From contig JAKPCM010000163.1 of NCBI GenBank assembly GCA_029553255.1, forward strand, positions 1-45,438: DNA of 45,438 nucleotides, read 5' to 3'. The notes below the pieces were generated by a model, which did not search any database, was not told the DNA's origin, and saw only the letters and a program-made list of their open reading frames with translations. The DNA comes from Caldisericota bacterium (GTDB lineage: Bacteria; Caldisericota; Caldisericia; B22-G15). This document shows positions 1 through 9,572 of the stretch, in pieces. The stretch's first letter is position 1; each line of letters starts with the position of its first letter. The translations under genes and the position numbers were made by a program.

Positions 1-2078
1 ACTTTATATGTTGTTCCCTTTTTTAAATCACTACTTGGTTTAAAAATAATTGAAAATTCATTTTCATTATATTCAAGATTACCAGAAATAGTAGTTGTTC
101 CTTCTTGAACTATCACATTTTTATTAGTTACAGTAGTTCTATCAATGTTTCTATCAAATTGAATTGTAACTGAAGTATTTATTGGTGCATCTGATTGACT
201 GTTTGAAGGGACTGTCTTTATTACTTTTGGTTTTGTTGTTACATCTTTCAATGAATATAAACCAATTATCGGGTCACCAAAAAGATTTAAACAATATATA
301 TTGTGAGCAAAAGTTTTTCTTCCGTCAGTATATTTTGTATAAAACATTTCATAATACCATGAAATTGCTTTATTTACAGATTCTCCAAGACTGAATCCAT
401 CAGATAGATTTTTAAGAACAATTGAGTTTAAAGAATACATTGAAGGGTTTTCTTCTAATTTTGAATACATAAGATTTGGATAAAACCAACTTATTCTTGA
501 AAAACCTACAAAAGCAGCACCACCAAATCTTAAAACATTTTTTGCTAATGAATCTTTTTCAGGATATAGATTAAGACAAGAAGAAGAGATAAAAATAGAG
601 GGCTCTGAATTTATAAATTTAACAACAGATGAATTTGTAACAAAATCACCCCACTTTATCTCTTCTTGAGTTGGGTAACCATTTCTGTCAAAATCTCCCG
701 CCCAAATTTTTCTTGTAGTTAAATTCCAATTTCCATGACCAACCCAAAAAACAACTCCTGGTTTAAAATTATTTTTATATTTAATAAGATTATCTGAACT
801 TATAAGGTCATCAGTTGTATTTTTAACAACTGTTGGTAAAATTCCTTCAAGCTCATTTAAACTTTTTTTAGAAAACCCTTTACTTTTTAAAAATAGATTA
901 TAAACCTGATCATTTATGTATCCACCATCTGTATTCTCAGTCCATCTATTATCTTCTCCTTTAAAATTAAAAAATGCACCAAGAAATAGAACTTTTTTTC
1001 TATATTCTTCATAACTTTTATCTAAATAGAGCCTTGTTTTAAGAATCACGTTTTTTATCTCTATCTCAGTATCAAATGGAATCCTCCCAACATTTATTTC
1101 AGGATAAAAATCAATTTTATCTATATCTGGCTCTCCATATTTTCCATTTTTATTTGAATCCCAATCTCCCGTTAAATCAGCATAATAAAAATCTGAAGGA
1201 ATTATTCTATTTTCATCGTCACCTTCTTCATTTGTATAAAAGTATCTCATAGGAATTGAATTTGGCGATCCTACAAGAAGAAGATATTTAAAACCGGAGT
1301 TTTTATATTCATCTTTAAGAAAGTTTCTAATATTCTCTGGAACATCTTTTCCTGTTTTTGGTATTGAAGATAGGTTAGCTATTTTAACTTTAAAACCTTT
1401 TGTCTCAAGAAAGATTTTATGATCTTCAATCAATTTTCTTGCACTATCAATTGTAATAATTAAATAATCATATTTTTCTTGATCTATTTTATTCGAATAC
1501 ATTGAATAAATTGAACTATAATTGATAAACATCTCTGGTTCATCAATAGGATATATAAATTCGCTTTTTTCTTCTATTGAATAGTATATTTTTAGTTTAA
1601 AACTCTTTACATAAGTTAATTCACCTTTGTTATACAAAAATGGATAGGTAGAAAAAGAAAGAAATCTAAAACCTTTTAAATTATTTTCATTGATTAAAGA
1701 GATAGGTTTATCAATAACCAAATCATCAATTTTGAAATTTTCATTCGAAAAGTTTAAATCAGCTTTTTGTGGAGAATCTCCTTTTGGTAAATTAAAAATT
1801 CCTTCAATTTTTTTTAACTCAACATTTTCTATTTCAAATGAAGAGAGTTTTGAATTTGGAGGAAGTAAAACATTTATATTTTTTCTTGGAAGCATTCTTT
1901 CAAAAATTGTGTTGTTATTGTTAAATCCCTCAACATATGGAACTACTTCACCATTTTCATTAAAAACTAATTTATAATCTGGGTTTGTAAAATTAATTTC
2001 AATATAATCACTCTTTGCATAAATATTTATTGGAAAGAAAGTTAAAAAGATGAAAAAAAATAAGACAAATTTCTTCAT
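1..2078 (-). CDS. Secreted peptidase C25 (gingipain-like cysteine protease) with an Ig-like C-terminal module; the 3' end lies beyond the window start
   Basis: Absent from the ORF track because it has no stop inside the window. Hand translation of the minus strand is open from ATG 2078..2076 (GGAGG at 2088..2084, 5-nt spacer) to base 1. It starts with signal peptide MKKFVLFFFIFLTFFPINIYA. VVFWVGHGNWN and EPSIFISSSCLNLYP give a His...Cys pair in the order expected for C25 peptidases. The last ~90 aa in the window (VIKTVPSN..APINTSVTIQFDRNID..GTTYKV) resemble a bacterial Ig-like (SbsA/Big_5-type) domain. Confidence 0.6.
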   Translation of the reverse strand, partial: MKKFVLFFFIFLTFFPINIYAKSDYIEINFTNPDYKLVFNENGEVVPYVEGFNNNNTIFERMLPRKNINVLLPPNSKLSSFEIENVELKKIEGIFNLPKGDSPQKADLNFSNENFKIDDLVIDKPISLINENNLKGFRFLSFSTYPFLYNKGELTYVKSFKLKIYYSIEEKSEFIYPIDEPEMFINYSSIYSMYSNKIDQEKYDYLIITIDSARKLIEDHKIFLETKGFKVKIANLSSIPKTGKDVPENIRNFLKDEYKNSGFKYLLLVGSPNSIPMRYFYTNEEGDDENRIIPSDFYYADLTGDWDSNKNGKYGEPDIDKIDFYPEINVGRIPFDTEIEIKNVILKTRLYLDKSYEEYRKKVLFLGAFFNFKGEDNRWTENTDGGYINDQVYNLFLKSKGFSKKSLNELEGILPTVVKNTTDDLISSDNLIKYKNNFKPGVVFWVGHGNWNLTTRKIWAGDFDRNGYPTQEEIKWGDFVTNSSVVKFINSEPSIFISSSCLNLYPEKDSLAKNVLRFGGAAFVGFSRISWFYPNLMYSKLEENPSMYSLNSIVLKNLSDGFSLGESVNKAISWYYEMFYTKYTDGRKTFAHNIYCLNLFGDPIIGLYSLKDVTTKPKVIKTVPSNSQSDAPINTSVTIQFDRNIDRTTVTNKNVIVQEGTTTISGNLEYNENEFSIIFKPSSDLKKGTTYK

Positions 2079-2118
2079 AAATTCCTCCTTTATATTCTTA
2101 ATAATTTTATAAAATAAT

Positions 2119-5106
2119 TTAAATTTTCAAAATTTTTATAAATTTTTTAATCTCCTCAATAGGTTCTTTTACATTTCTAATTATGATTTCTGATGGAGTA
2201 AATTTAATTCTATCAGAAAAAATTTTTTCAAGTGTGATTATTTTTATCTGATCCAAAGGTGTATCTTTAGATAATTTAATGATTAATTGATTAAAATTTC
2301 TTGATATACTTTTTATTTTCAACTCTTTCATTATAATTTTAATTTTTGAGAGTTCAATTAAGTTCTTAATATTTTCTGGATAAAAACCAAATCTATCACT
2401 AATCTCGTCTTCTATTTCCTTAATCTCTTCAAAAGATTTTGCTTCAAAAAATTTTCTATAATAAAACAATCTCTCATCTTCGTAAGGAATATAATTTTCA
2501 GGAATGGTTGTGTTTATATCTACATCAAGATCAACATATATTTTTTTCTCATATTTTACTCCTTTTAATTTTGATATCTCCTCTTCTAACAATTCCATAT
2601 ATAGATCAAATCCAATTGAGTTAATAAATCCACTTTGCTCTTTACCCAACAAATTACCAGCTCCTCTTATTTCAAGGTCTTTTAATGCAACTTGAAATCC
2701 CGCTCCAAGATATGTCAAATCTTGAAGAACTTTTAATCTTTTTTTACCATTTTCACTTATTTTATCTAAATCATAAAAAAGATATGCAAAGGCCTTTTTA
2801 TCTCTTCTTCCAACCCTACCTCTTAATTGATATAGTTGAGAGAGACCAAAATTTTGTGAATCAACAACAATAATTGTATTAACATTTTCATTATCCAAAC
2901 CAGCCTCAATAATTGTTGTTGAAAGTAGTAAATCATACTCTTTATTTAAAAAACTTATCATACCTTCTTCAATCTCTTTTGAATCACACTGACCATGCAA
3001 CACAAGAATTCTTAAATTTGGGACTAATGATTGAATAAAAAATTTCTCTTCTTCAATAGTAATTATTCTATTATGTACATAATAAACTTGTCCACCTCTT
3101 TTTAGTTCATTGACTATCGCCTCTTTAATCAGTTGCGGATTAAAAGGTGAAACATAAGTTTCTATTGGATATCTACCAATTGGTGGTGTCCTTATTATTG
3201 AAAATTTTCTAATTCCTGATAGTGCCATTTCAAGTGTTCTTGGTATTGGAGTTGCGGTGAGATACAAAACATCTATATCTTCTTTTATTTTTTTAATTTT
3301 TTCTTTCTGTTCGACACCAAAAAGATGCTCTTCATCAATAATAAGTAATCCTAAATCAAAAAATGAAATATCTTCACTTAATGCTCTATGGGTTGCGATT
3401 AAAAGATCAACTTTTCCATTTTTTATATCATCAACTATTTTTTTCTCTTCACTTTCTTTTGTTAATCTCGATAACATTTCAACTCTTATTGGAAAATTTT
3501 TAAATCTATCACTTATAACTCTATAATGTTGTAAGGCAAGAAGTGTTGTTGGAGTTAAAAGTAAAACTTGTTTTCCGTTTAATATAACTCTTAGTGCTCC
3601 TCTTAAAGCAACTTCTGTTTTTCCAAAACCAACATCTCCACAAATAACCCTTTCAGTTAAATATTCACTTGACAAATCATTTCTGATATCTTCGACTGCT
3701 TTTAATTGATCCTCTGTTAGTTCATAATCAAAAGATAAATCAAATTCCTCTTCAATTTCTTTGAATTCTTTATATGGCTCTTTTCTTATAATTTCTCTTT
3801 TTGCATATAAATTTAACAATTCATTTGCAACTTTTTTGATATCTTCTACACTTTTTTCTTTTGTTCTTTTCCATTCATTCCCACCTAATCTTGAAAGAGT
3901 GACATTTTCAGAATCACCAATATATTTTTTTATTCTATCAATCTTTTCAACTGGAATATAAAGTTTCTCATCATTAAAATATTCAATTAATAAATAATCT
4001 TTTTTTACGCCATTTTTTTCAAGGTTTATTAATTTCTTAAATCTTCCAATTCCAAAATCTATGTGTACGACATAATCGCCCTCTTTTAACTCCTCATATC
4101 TTTTTATCTCACTCAAAAAAGATGGGTATATATATTTAGAAGTTATAAATGATGGTTTTCTTTTCTCTCCTATTACTGCAATATTTTTTTCTACACTTAT
4201 AAAATTCTCTTTTATCAAACAATTAATGGAATTCTTTGAATAATTCTCTCCAATATAAAAAATATGAAAGTTTTTTTTATCCAAATCATTGAATAACTCC
4301 ATTGTTTTATTTTGAGAAAAGAATGTCGGTAATGGTACAAAGTCAAAATTAAAATTTGATAATTTTGAATTAGAGATATATATATGTTTTATATTTTCAA
4401 ATCTCTCATTATAAGAGATAAATTTGCCTTTATTTTTTAAAATATTATAAATATTCTCTTTTTCAATAAAATTTGTTATTTCTACCTTATCTATAATTTT
4501 TATAGATTTTTGAGTAAAAGGATCGAATTCCCTTATATCTTCTATTAAATTTCCATCAAAAATTATTCTTACAGGGTTTATCTTATCAATCAGAAATATA
4601 TCAATAATGCCTCCCCTTATTGCATATTCTCCTTGTGATTTAATAAAATTAACTCTTTCATAATCGTTTAAATAGTTTTTAATTATTTGATTAAAATTGA
4701 TCTCCTTATTTTTTGATAGGATAATTTTCTTATCCTCTATAAAACTATTTTCAAACAAACTTTTATAAGTTAAAAAAGCGATAAATTCTTTTTTACTACT
4801 TATCTTTTTTAAAGAGTTGATAAAATTTATCGTTTTTACAGGGTTATTCTTATCAATCTCAGATATAAAAATTTCATTTTTATTTTCGTCAAAAGATAAG
4901 CACTCTTCATATATTTCATATAACTCTTTTTCATCACTTGATATAAAAAATAGATTTGGTGAAATTGAATTTAATTTAACCAATAAAAAAGGAAGAGAAC
5001 CTCTTGTTATGCCACCTATTTCATCAGGTATATCTTTTAAATCATAAAATAAAAGATCAATAAATTCCTTTTTTATTTGATTTTGATACTGCTTTTTGTT
5101 CACCAT
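2119..5106 (-). CDS. mfd: Transcription-repair coupling factor Mfd
   Basis: 995-aa ORF with SF2 helicase motifs GDVGFGKTEVA, LIIDEEHLFG (DEEH) and QLRGRVGR. It has a CarD-like RNAP-interaction segment (DYVVHIDFGIGRF) and a TRCF-type C-terminus. The conserved rplY-pth-mfd order supports the call. There is no SD, and the start overlaps the pth 3' end by 50 nt. Confidence 0.9.
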   Translation of the reverse strand: MVNKKQYQNQIKKEFIDLLFYDLKDIPDEIGGITRGSLPFLLVKLNSISPNLFFISSDEKELYEIYEECLSFDENKNEIFISEIDKNNPVKTINFINSLKKISSKKEFIAFLTYKSLFENSFIEDKKIILSKNKEINFNQIIKNYLNDYERVNFIKSQGEYAIRGGIIDIFLIDKINPVRIIFDGNLIEDIREFDPFTQKSIKIIDKVEITNFIEKENIYNILKNKGKFISYNERFENIKHIYISNSKLSNFNFDFVPLPTFFSQNKTMELFNDLDKKNFHIFYIGENYSKNSINCLIKENFISVEKNIAVIGEKRKPSFITSKYIYPSFLSEIKRYEELKEGDYVVHIDFGIGRFKKLINLEKNGVKKDYLLIEYFNDEKLYIPVEKIDRIKKYIGDSENVTLSRLGGNEWKRTKEKSVEDIKKVANELLNLYAKREIIRKEPYKEFKEIEEEFDLSFDYELTEDQLKAVEDIRNDLSSEYLTERVICGDVGFGKTEVALRGALRVILNGKQVLLLTPTTLLALQHYRVISDRFKNFPIRVEMLSRLTKESEEKKIVDDIKNGKVDLLIATHRALSEDISFFDLGLLIIDEEHLFGVEQKEKIKKIKEDIDVLYLTATPIPRTLEMALSGIRKFSIIRTPPIGRYPIETYVSPFNPQLIKEAIVNELKRGGQVYYVHNRIITIEEEKFFIQSLVPNLRILVLHGQCDSKEIEEGMISFLNKEYDLLLSTTIIEAGLDNENVNTIIVVDSQNFGLSQLYQLRGRVGRRDKKAFAYLFYDLDKISENGKKRLKVLQDLTYLGAGFQVALKDLEIRGAGNLLGKEQSGFINSIGFDLYMELLEEEISKLKGVKYEKKIYVDLDVDINTTIPENYIPYEDERLFYYRKFFEAKSFEEIKEIEDEISDRFGFYPENIKNLIELSKIKIIMKELKIKSISRNFNQLIIKLSKDTPLDQIKIITLEKIFSDRIKFTPSEIIIRNVKEPIEEIKKFIKILKI

Positions 5107-5641
5107 AAAAAATAAAAGATTTTAATATATCTTCAGCAAGATTAAATGCTTTTTTATAAATTTTTCTATCATGAAATAACACTGGACTAAGAACATAATT
5201 TATTGGATCAATATCAATTGGAGGTCTTCCAATTCCTATCCTCAATCTAAAGAATTGATTACTATTTAAATTATTTATTATTGATTTTACACCATTATGA
5301 CCTCCATCTCCTCTATTAAAAATAAATTGAACTCCTCCGACTGGAAGATCGAGGTCATCATGAACGATTACATATTTTTTTAAATCAATTTTCAAATTTT
5401 TATATAGTTCATTAACTACTTCACCAGCAATGTTCATATAGGTTAAGGGTTTAACTAATAAAATATCCTCTTTTTTATCCTCAAAAAAAATCTCCCCTTT
5501 ACCAATCTCATTCTTCCATTTTATTTCATTAATTTTAATTTTCCATTTTTTTGATAGAAAATTGATAAAATCAAAACCTATATTGTGTCTTGTTCCTAAA
5601 AATTCAAATTCTGGGTTTCCTAATCCGATTATTACATACAC
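5057..5641 (-). CDS. pth: Peptidyl-tRNA hydrolase
   Basis: GLGNPEFEFLGTRHNIGF and GGHNGVKSI are classic Pth motifs. GTG start at 5641, 3 nt after the rplY stop. Confidence 0.9.
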   Translation of the reverse strand: MYVIIGLGNPEFEFLGTRHNIGFDFINFLSKKWKIKINEIKWKNEIGKGEIFFEDKKEDILLVKPLTYMNIAGEVVNELYKNLKIDLKKYVIVHDDLDLPVGGVQFIFNRGDGGHNGVKSIINNLNSNQFFRLRIGIGRPPIDIDPINYVLSPVLFHDRKIYKKAFNLAEDILKSFIFYGEQKAVSKSNKKGIY

Positions 5642-5644
5642 AAA

Positions 5645-6322
5645 TTATTTCTTTTCTTCTTTTTTCTCTTTTGTCTCTTGTGTAGTTGCTTGTGTTCCAG
5701 CTCCTTCTTGGGTTACCTCTTCAGCTTCTACTGGAACCTCTTCAACTTTAACTTCTTCTTTTGTTGGTGTTGAAACAGTTACAATTGTCTCATCAGGGTT
5801 ATGTAATATCTTTACATTTGGAGATATCTCTAAATCAGATATATGAATTGAATCACCGATTTTTAAATCACTTATATTCACTTCAATGAAAGATGGTAAA
5901 TCTAATGGTTTTGCTTCCAATTCAACTTCATAAAGTGTTCTGAATAATACTCCACCTTCTTTAGCGCCAATTGGCTCTCCAATAAAATGTATTGGAACTT
6001 TTGAAGTGATCGATTTTTCAAGAGAAACTGAATAAAAATCAACATGCGTTACTTCATCTGTTATAGGATTAAATTGTTCATCTTGTAGTACAGCTATAAA
6101 TTTTTTCTTACTTTTTTCTATCTCAAGTTCGACAAGAAAATCCTCTTCACTTTCAAGTCTTATTAGATTAGTTATATTTTTTAAAGGGACTGAAATTAAA
6201 ATGTTATCTTCTAAACCTTCACCATATATAACTCCAGGTACTAAATCGTTTTCTCTTAATTTTCTTAAATCGCTTTTTTTCATTGTGTCTCTTTTCATCA
6301 CCTTTAAAGAAACTCTTTTCAT
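5645..6322 (-). CDS. rplY: 50S ribosomal protein L25 / general stress protein Ctc (long TL5 form)
   Basis: N-terminus KKSDLRKLRENDLVPGVIYG is typical of L25/Ctc. GGAGG sits 7 nt upstream of the ATG. The C-terminal tail is E/K/T-rich and low-complexity. The position upstream of pth-mfd is conserved. Confidence 0.85.
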   Translation of the reverse strand: MKRVSLKVMKRDTMKKSDLRKLRENDLVPGVIYGEGLEDNILISVPLKNITNLIRLESEEDFLVELEIEKSKKKFIAVLQDEQFNPITDEVTHVDFYSVSLEKSITSKVPIHFIGEPIGAKEGGVLFRTLYEVELEAKPLDLPSFIEVNISDLKIGDSIHISDLEISPNVKILHNPDETIVTVSTPTKEEVKVEEVPVEAEEVTQEGAGTQATTQETKEKKEEKK

Positions 6323-6362
6323 CTATATTCCTCCTTTTAATAAATTCTCTATAACCTATATA

Positions 6363-6390
6363 AGTTTAATTTATTTTTTTGAATTGTCAA
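6363..6390 (-). promoter_or_regulatory. Sigma70-type promoter for rplY-pth-mfd (TTGACA-N16-TAAACT)
   Basis: On the minus strand, TTGACA is at 6390..6385 and TAAACT at 6368..6363 with a 16-nt spacer, about 40 nt upstream of the rplY ATG. Confidence 0.45.
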
Positions 6391-6396
6391 AATAAA

Positions 6397-6969
6397 TTAC
6401 TTACTAAAAAATGGTTCATTAAGATTTGCACTGTTTGAATAACCTCTACTTTCCCAGTATCCTTTAAAATTTACATTGTTAGATAATTCAATTTTATTTA
6501 CCCATTTTATCCATTTATATGCCCACTTAGATTCTCCAATAAGTTGGAATGGAAAACCTCTTTCATTGGGTAAAATTATGCCATTCATTTTATATGATAG
6601 AAAAGTGTTATTATCAAATAAATAATCTTTTAATAAAGAAGTTGTATAACCATCGACTCCATAAAATATTATTGAAAGATAATGTAAATTTACTTTTGAA
6701 TCTTCCAAAATATCTTTCACAAGAATTCCTTCCCATAATATATCAACACTCCAACCATCAACACAATAAAGAGTTATAACTTTTTTTATAGAATCAAAAT
6801 TATTTATCAAATCATCATATTTATACTCTTTTTTTATATCCCCTTCTTCACTAATCATAAGTTTATAATTTTCAATATTAACAATTTGAGGTCCTTTAAT
6901 AGAATTTTCAATAAAATCATCTATCGAATTAAGTAATTTACCTTCAAATTCTCTAATCTCACCTTCCAT
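6397..6969 (-). CDS. Small molybdopterin-binding oxidoreductase domain protein (MsrP/YedY / sulfite-oxidase fold)
   Basis: LYCVDGWSVDILWEGILVKDIL matches the CVEGWS...W.G core with the Mo-ligand Cys. GFPFQLIGESKWAYKWIKWVNKIEL matches the C-terminal part of the domain. I moved the start to ATG 6969 (GGAGG plus a 5-nt spacer); the track start at 6981 is a TTG inside the SD. No signal peptide is present. Confidence 0.55.
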   Translation of the reverse strand: MEGEIREFEGKLLNSIDDFIENSIKGPQIVNIENYKLMISEEGDIKKEYKYDDLINNFDSIKKVITLYCVDGWSVDILWEGILVKDILEDSKVNLHYLSIIFYGVDGYTTSLLKDYLFDNNTFLSYKMNGIILPNERGFPFQLIGESKWAYKWIKWVNKIELSNNVNFKGYWESRGYSNSANLNEPFFSK

Positions 6970-7066
6970 TGTTACCTCCAAAAAATAGTATAATTAAAAT
7001 ATTACAATTTTATGAAACTTTTTTCAACATCAGTTGTTTACTATTATAAAAACTTAAGGAGGTATT

Positions 7067-7486
7067 ATGAGTAAATTTACAATAAGAAAGATTTACCTTT
7101 ATCTTTTTTCTCTTGTTGGTTTAATACTTATTATTATGGGTTCAGTTGGGTTGATTAATCTCGGCTTACAATTAACATTTTTTAAGGATGCTCTTGAATA
7201 TGAATATGGATATGTGCAACTACCCTATCCATATTTTTTAGATGATTTAAAATTTGATGAAACTATAAATAAGATTGAGTTAACTAATGAGCAGAAACAA
7301 TCTTTAGAACGATGGAAAAATGATTACGAAAATTATAAACAAAAAGCTGAAAAAATAGGTTATATTCCATATATAGCTGATACATTAACAAGAAGCATTG
7401 CTTTATTGATTGTAGGCATACCAATTTATATTTATCATTGGGGAGTTATTAAAAGGGAGCATAATAAAGAAGAAAACACAGATTAG
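7067..7486 (+). CDS. Hypothetical two-TM membrane protein
   Basis: AAGGAGG lies 5 nt upstream of the ATG. There are two hydrophobic helices (LYLFSLVGLILIIMGSVGLINLGL and SIALLIVGIPIYIY). No recognisable catalytic motif. Confidence 0.6.
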   Translation: MSKFTIRKIYLYLFSLVGLILIIMGSVGLINLGLQLTFFKDALEYEYGYVQLPYPYFLDDLKFDETINKIELTNEQKQSLERWKNDYENYKQKAEKIGYIPYIADTLTRSIALLIVGIPIYIYHWGVIKREHNKEENTD

Positions 7487-7519
7487 GTTATTTAATAATT
7501 TTAATAATTTTTAAAAAAA

Positions 7520-9466
7520 TTAAAAAAGATCACTTGATAATAAACCTAATCTTATCTCAGTAGATTTTAAGATATATTCAATTAAAGTTTTGTAATCAAT
7601 GTTATCGATTCTTGCAATTTCTGCTAAAAAACCATCAAAATGCCATCCTGGATTAGGATTAACTTCAAGAAGTTTTGGATAACCTTCTGAGTTTAATCTA
7701 AAATCAAATCTTGAATAATCTCTACAATCTAATCTTTCAAAAAGTTTTATACTCGATTCAAGTAAGTCTCTTTCCATTTCTTCTGGTATATCAGCTTTTA
7801 CAAATTTGATTTTCCCGTAAGGTGAATCTGGTAGCCACTTTGCTTCATACCCGCAAATTTTTGGTAAATTATCTGGCACAGAGGAATAATCTAATTCTGC
7901 AACAGGTAAAAGTTTATATGGATATTTTGGCGGATTACCAATAATTCCAATACTTAACTCTTTTCCTGTTAGAAATTCTTCTATTAAAATAGGTTTATCA
8001 TAACCGAAAAGGTCTCTTATATATCTAATTGCATTAATCAAATCTTCAATGTTATAAGAAACATTTTTTTGAGTTATTCCAAAACTCGAATCTCCAAAAT
8101 TTGGTTTAACTATAACAGGAAATGGAAATGGTAGTTCAAATATGTTTTCACCTGGTTTTATTAAAAAAGCATCTGGAACTGAAATGCCCATTTCTCTTGC
8201 TACTCCTCTTACTAAAGATTTATCATATGAATGAGCAAGAGACTGAGGAGATGCTCCAGTGTAATTAATTCCAAGCATCTCAAGAAGAGCAGGTATATGT
8301 AATTCTTTTGTTGGATCGTTATAATAACCTTCATCACAAAAATTTAATACATAATCTAATTTATCTTTTAATTTTTCAATCTCTTTTATCAGATTATCAT
8401 GATTATTTATATAAATAAAATTATAACCTTTTATCTGTTTTAAACTTTCTTTAAGTTTATCTATTGCTTTAAAATCATCTTCATCAAAAATATTATTAGG
8501 TTTTAGTGGATCTTTTTTTGTTGGATCTCCAAGTATTACAGCAATATTTCTTTGTTCTTTTCTAATTCTTAACTTTTTCTCTTCATTCTTTTTTTCAGCT
8601 AAACCTGTAAAAAGTATATGTTTTTCTCCAATTTGAAAGTTTGATATATGACTTTTTATCTCTATTGAGTGATCGATTATCTTTATATTTTTGAAACATG
8701 CTTCCTTAATTAAATTCAATATTAACTCTTTTGAGTAAAGTCTAATTGAGAAAAAACTATCCTTCAAAATTCCCTTTTCAACATGATTCAAAATCTCTCT
8801 AATTATTAAACTTTCCCCATCTAAAGATAGATTTGTTTCTCTTAAAATAAAATGTTTTTTATCAAGCCATTGCCAATAATAAGGTATAATATTTTTCTTT
8901 TCATATTCACTATCAATAATATCAATTAAAATTTTTCCATTTGGAATTAAAATTCTGAAGATTTCTTTTAAAACATTCAATGCATCCAGAGGAGTATCAA
9001 AAAATCCAAAAACATTACCAACAAGAAGTACAATATCAAAACTACTATCAGGATAAGATAATTTTCTTGGTGTTCCTTCTCTATATTTTACTTTTATACC
9101 TTCTTTTTCAGCATTAGTTTTTGCTTTTTGTACAAGTATGCTTGACCTATCAAGACCTTCAACATTTTCAAAACCTCTTCTTGCGAGTTCTAATGCATAT
9201 TCACCATGACTTGATATAAGATCAAGGATTCTTGCATCATAGTCAGGATTTAAAATCTCAAGAAATTTATCTATTTCTTTTTTTATAATACTTTTGATCT
9301 CCTGTTTTTCAACTTCACTACTAATTAGAAATGGAGAAATTTTTATTTGACTTGCATGACTTTTAATATATTCTTCAAGATTTGAAATTTGACCTAACTG
9401 TTTTTTAGGTTTCATTCCATTTTGCCTACTTCGTGGTTTATCTTCGTCTTTATTGTTTCCATTCAT
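7520..9466 (-). CDS. Fusion protein: class I SAM-methyltransferase-like domain plus D-Ala-D-Ala-ligase-family ATP-grasp domain
   Basis: The N-terminal half has a Methyltransf_11/25-like layout (ILDLISSHGEYALELARRG ... FDIVLLVGNVFGFF ... LIPNGKILIDI). The C-terminal ~345 aa are Ddl-like (YDKSLVRGVAREMGISVP, FPVIVKPNFGDSSFGI, ILIEEFLTGKELSIGIIGN, KLLEVNPNPG). The first ~30 aa are basic and low-complexity. Confidence 0.7.
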   Translation of the reverse strand: MNGNNKDEDKPRSRQNGMKPKKQLGQISNLEEYIKSHASQIKISPFLISSEVEKQEIKSIIKKEIDKFLEILNPDYDARILDLISSHGEYALELARRGFENVEGLDRSSILVQKAKTNAEKEGIKVKYREGTPRKLSYPDSSFDIVLLVGNVFGFFDTPLDALNVLKEIFRILIPNGKILIDIIDSEYEKKNIIPYYWQWLDKKHFILRETNLSLDGESLIIREILNHVEKGILKDSFFSIRLYSKELILNLIKEACFKNIKIIDHSIEIKSHISNFQIGEKHILFTGLAEKKNEEKKLRIRKEQRNIAVILGDPTKKDPLKPNNIFDEDDFKAIDKLKESLKQIKGYNFIYINNHDNLIKEIEKLKDKLDYVLNFCDEGYYNDPTKELHIPALLEMLGINYTGASPQSLAHSYDKSLVRGVAREMGISVPDAFLIKPGENIFELPFPFPVIVKPNFGDSSFGITQKNVSYNIEDLINAIRYIRDLFGYDKPILIEEFLTGKELSIGIIGNPPKYPYKLLPVAELDYSSVPDNLPKICGYEAKWLPDSPYGKIKFVKADIPEEMERDLLESSIKLFERLDCRDYSRFDFRLNSEGYPKLLEVNPNPGWHFDGFLAEIARIDNIDYKTLIEYILKSTEIRLGLLSSDLF

Positions 9467-9503
9467 AAAATTAAAAAACCTCCAATAAATTCAATTCTCA
9501 ATT

Positions 9504-9531
9504 AATATATAAAATTGTACTAATTTGTCAA
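9504..9531 (-). promoter_or_regulatory. Sigma70-type promoter for the MT/ATP-grasp gene (TTGACA-N16-TATATT)
   Basis: On the minus strand, TTGACA is at 9531..9526 and TATATT at 9509..9504. It lies about 38 nt upstream of the ATG at 9466. Confidence 0.5.
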
Positions 9532-9572
9532 GTATATGTGTTGAGGTTTCTGAAAAAGTCATTTAAACCCTT

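Noticed and set aside
182-1977. Plus-strand ORFs 182..394 and 1690..1977
   Set aside because: Both lie antisense to the continuous C25 peptidase frame on the minus strand and have no SD or motifs.
2439-5047. Six plus-strand 61-89-aa ORFs (2439, 2504, 2685, 3257, 3761, 4817)
   Set aside because: All lie antisense within mfd and are S/F/L/I-rich shadow ORFs without SD sequences.
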